A DNA stretch of 17,275 nt, from contig JAVZCB010000007.1 in NCBI GenBank assembly GCA_038874595.1, positions 350 through 17,624 on the forward strand, written 5' to 3'. The notes beneath the pieces were generated by a model. That model was not told the DNA's origin. It searched no databases and saw only the letters and a program-made list of their open reading frames with translations. The position numbers were made by a program, and so were the translations under genes. Positions 14,974 through 17,275 of the stretch are shown here, piece by piece (the first letter of the stretch is position 1; each line of letters opens with the position of its first letter). Source of the stretch: Candidatus Micrarchaeia archaeon. GTDB taxonomy: Archaea; Micrarchaeota; Micrarchaeia; CAILAH01.

Positions 14974-16089
14974 ATGACAAAAGGAATAAAGGTTAATGAC
15001 CTGGAGAACCCGCAACAGGAGAAGCCCCATAAAGTAAAAAATGGCATCAAGAATAAGTTTGCAAGGGTTGCATCAGCACTGCTCTTGTTAGGTGGATGCG
15101 GCTATTCTGAGTCTACGTTTTTTACTGCACAGCAGGTAGACAAAAGGGATGTATTGCCTGATGGGGGCACAGTGCAGCGTGATGGGGGCACAGTGCAGCG
15201 TGATGGGGGCACAGTGCAGCGTGATGGGGATACAGATGTAACAAAGTGTGATTACAGTGCATACACAGTGCTAAAAATCGGGGAAAATACTTTGGTGGTT
15301 ATGGAAGGCGCATCCGTTGACATTGGCGGTAAGAAGTATGCTGTCAACAAGGCGCAGGATGGCAGTGTTGTACTTCACTCGGAGGAAGAGTTTTACGTAG
15401 TCAGGGATAAAGAGACAATTAACGGTGTTGATGTTTCCTATCTTGGCAGTGGTACAACACTTACAAATGCGGCACTTTTGCAGGTGGAGTATTACCTCAA
15501 TGGCAATGTTGCAACAAAGAATATGTCGCTTTCAGTCAATGAGCGTATGAAGTATGATATTGATAGCAAACATTATGTTGAGGTAAAGCTCAGAGATGCA
15601 GTTAGTGCTGAAAAAGAAGGCAGGAAGGTTGAATATGTGAATGTTGATGTTGAGCTGTTTGTGCGATCAAGCAACGGGGATAGCACGTTTATATCAGCAA
15701 AGAAAGGTACTTATACTGTTGGTGCTGAAGAAGTCAGGAACGTTGTTCTTGATGAGGAAACAGGCCTTGCAGTCAACATAGATCTTCTGAGTGTTGGCAC
15801 TGAAAACGCAATTGCAAAGCTCGGCATAAATGGAAAGGAAGTAGTTCTTGGGCAAGGCGAAGGCCCATATAAAGTGAAAATAGGCAATACACAGGTTGAG
15901 GTTGCCGTGTTAGAAGTATATCATTCTTCTGATGGTATTTCAGAGGCGGCACTTCTGATATCCTCACCTACAAAATCAGTAGTGAACAGAATGAGGTCAG
16001 GTGAAAAGGTAAATCTCGAGGTTGATGACAGTGGCCAGAGGCTGCACATAGAGATGCTTGGCAGCGAGCCTGTTTGCAATGCTGAGTAG
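14974..16089 (+). CDS. putative lipoprotein/surface protein with repeated beta domains
   Basis: Basic n-region plus the lipobox-like SALLLLGGC, DGGTVQR repeats, and a V/G/E-rich beta body. Confidence 0.78.
   Translation: MTKGIKVNDLENPQQEKPHKVKNGIKNKFARVASALLLLGGCGYSESTFFTAQQVDKRDVLPDGGTVQRDGGTVQRDGGTVQRDGDTDVTKCDYSAYTVLKIGENTLVVMEGASVDIGGKKYAVNKAQDGSVVLHSEEEFYVVRDKETINGVDVSYLGSGTTLTNAALLQVEYYLNGNVATKNMSLSVNERMKYDIDSKHYVEVKLRDAVSAEKEGRKVEYVNVDVELFVRSSNGDSTFISAKKGTYTVGAEEVRNVVLDEETGLAVNIDLLSVGTENAIAKLGINGKEVVLGQGEGPYKVKIGNTQVEVAVLEVYHSSDGISEAALLISSPTKSVVNRMRSGEKVNLEVDDSGQRLHIEMLGSEPVCNAE
15159..15229 (+). repeat. perfect 21-bp tandem repeat (about 3.4 copies)
   Basis: GATGGGGGCACAGTGCAGCGT at 15160, 15181 and 15202, plus a partial copy at 15223. 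Confidence 0.97.
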
Positions 16090-16160
16090 ATTATTTCTCT
16101 TATTTTAACCTTTTTTGTCTGTTTCTCCCTTTTATAAATTTTCAGGCAAAATCAAAGCTT

Positions 16161-16658
16161 ATGAAAGTCAAGTTATTTCATAGGCCAGTCTCGCTCCTAA
16201 CCGCTTTTGGAGAGAAGGTACGGGTAACACCGGGGGTGTTATCGCATTTTGCAGCAGCATTATATGGGAACAGCATCAATCTCTACGGTGTTTCTTCAGG
16301 TGAAGATTCAGTGACATTCATAATTGATTACGCTGATGAGGAGAAGGCATTTGGCATATTGCACGAGTCAATTAGAACCGGCCCGATCGCATTCAGTGAG
16401 CTTGTAGTAAGAAGCAATAAGAGCGCGATTACAGTGAACGCAACAGAAATGGCAGATACACCAGGGGTGGCACATGCTGCAATCTCTGGCCTTGCACAAG
16501 AAAGCATAAACATCATTGAGATTTTTTCAAGCTACGGGTGCATAACGCTTGTTATAGAGCCAGACCAGAGGAAAAAGGCGTATGACCTCGTGGTTAGCTC
16601 TCTTAACGCAAAATTCCCAGGTAGCGTCGAAACCGAAGAAGAGCAGAACAAGAGATAA
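16161..16658 (+). CDS. stand-alone tandem ACT-domain protein (aspartokinase regulatory-domain-like)
   Basis: Two homologous units, TPGVLSHFAAALYGNSINLYGVSS and TPGVAHAAISGLAQESINIIEIFSS. No kinase domain. TTTTATAAA at about 16130-16138. Confidence 0.88.
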   Translation: MKVKLFHRPVSLLTAFGEKVRVTPGVLSHFAAALYGNSINLYGVSSGEDSVTFIIDYADEEKAFGILHESIRTGPIAFSELVVRSNKSAITVNATEMADTPGVAHAAISGLAQESINIIEIFSSYGCITLVIEPDQRKKAYDLVVSSLNAKFPGSVETEEEQNKR

Positions 16659-16707
16659 AATAAAAAACAGCATGCCTAAGGCATGCATTTCATTTTTTGT
16701 TTTCTTT
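16659..16707. terminator. inverted repeat flanked by A and T tracts between convergent genes
   Basis: GCATGCCT-A-AGGCATGC at 16670-16686, with an A tract upstream and a T tract downstream. Confidence 0.55.
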
Positions 16708-16941
16708 TTATGGTATGTACGGGGAGATGAAGATTACGCTATCCCCTCTCAAAAGCATTGTACCAAGCTTACGTTTCACTTCACCATTTTCAAGGTGCTC
16801 GGTGTTCTCTAGCACGAGGTTCATATGCACATCATACGCAGTCATTCTTCCCCTAAGCTCCATTCCTCCCTTAATCCTAATTATGACATCCTTGTTTAAG
16901 GAGCCGTTCAATATATCAAAAGGTCTTTTGGCTTCCATCAT
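16708..16941 (-). CDS. Sm-like archaeal protein (SmAP/Lsm)
   Basis: RPFDILNGSLNKDV, Sm1 motif GRMTAYDVHMNLVL, Sm2 motif LLRGDSVIFISP, and an AGGTG RBS. Confidence 0.97.
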   Translation of the reverse strand: MMEAKRPFDILNGSLNKDVIIRIKGGMELRGRMTAYDVHMNLVLENTEHLENGEVKRKLGTMLLRGDSVIFISPYIP

Positions 16942-17160
16942 TCAACACCTAAACAAACATATATTTCTAATAAGAAGATTTAAAAAAGAAAAAACGATTC
17001 TCCCAGAGATAAAAAGATCTTCAAATCTTTTTATTTCTTTTTCTTCTTTGCCGCTTTCTTTTTCTTTGCTGCCATGCAAATCTATTCTGCAATTAATTAT
17101 AAAAATGTTTAATTCAATTTCGCGCGCGTTCTGAAAAATTTTTTTTATAATAATAGAGCG

Positions 17161-17212
17161 TCCTGAGAGGGATTTTTTCGTCCCTTGAAATATCCTTGAG
17201 AGGGATTTTTTT
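17161..17212. repeat. 15-bp direct repeat in an AT-rich non-coding region
   Basis: TGAGAGGGATTTTTT at 17164-17178 and 17197-17211. Confidence 0.85.
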
Positions 17213-17275
17213 GCGGTTTAGCAGACCTATAATATGTTCCACGTCGTATTTTTTTCTCCTTCCTTTCTTAACATA

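Noticed and set aside
15159-15229. Tandem repeat as a CRISPR array
   Set aside because: There are no spacers, the repeat is in frame within a CDS, and no cas genes are present.
16697-17134. 145-aa plus-strand ORF
   Set aside because: It is antisense to the Sm gene and runs into low-complexity AT-rich sequence.
17161-17212. Direct repeats as a mini-CRISPR
   Set aside because: Only two 15-bp copies with an 18-nt gap, too short for repeat-spacer units.

Overview
Archaeal genomic window, most likely a DPANN archaeon of the Micrarchaeota type. That assignment is inferred from the unit order of the tRNA-splicing endonuclease C-terminus, a stand-alone PriS, and AGGTG ribosome-binding sites alongside TATA/leaderless starts. 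In order, the window holds the 3' end of endA, an unannotated box C/D guide sRNA with its own TATA box, and two membrane/secreted hypothetical genes. Next is the conserved priS-gins15-rpl44e-rps27e-aIF2alpha-nop10-PAC2 operon (rps27e and nop10 are missing from the ORF track), then an orphan ORF and a compact signalling operon: a degenerate KaiC/RAD55 domain fused to an MglA-like small GTPase, a Roadblock/MglB protein, and a second degenerate KaiC/RAD55 protein. The rest comprises ferredoxin plus geranylgeranyl reductase, a bPH-domain membrane protein plus rpoK, an ankyrin/Ig-like adhesin/repeat-lipoprotein cluster, a stand-alone tandem ACT protein, an Sm/Lsm gene, and an AT-rich non-coding end with phased repeats. 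The strongest second-look items are the pseudo-KaiC/GTPase/Roadblock switch and the C/D box sRNA.
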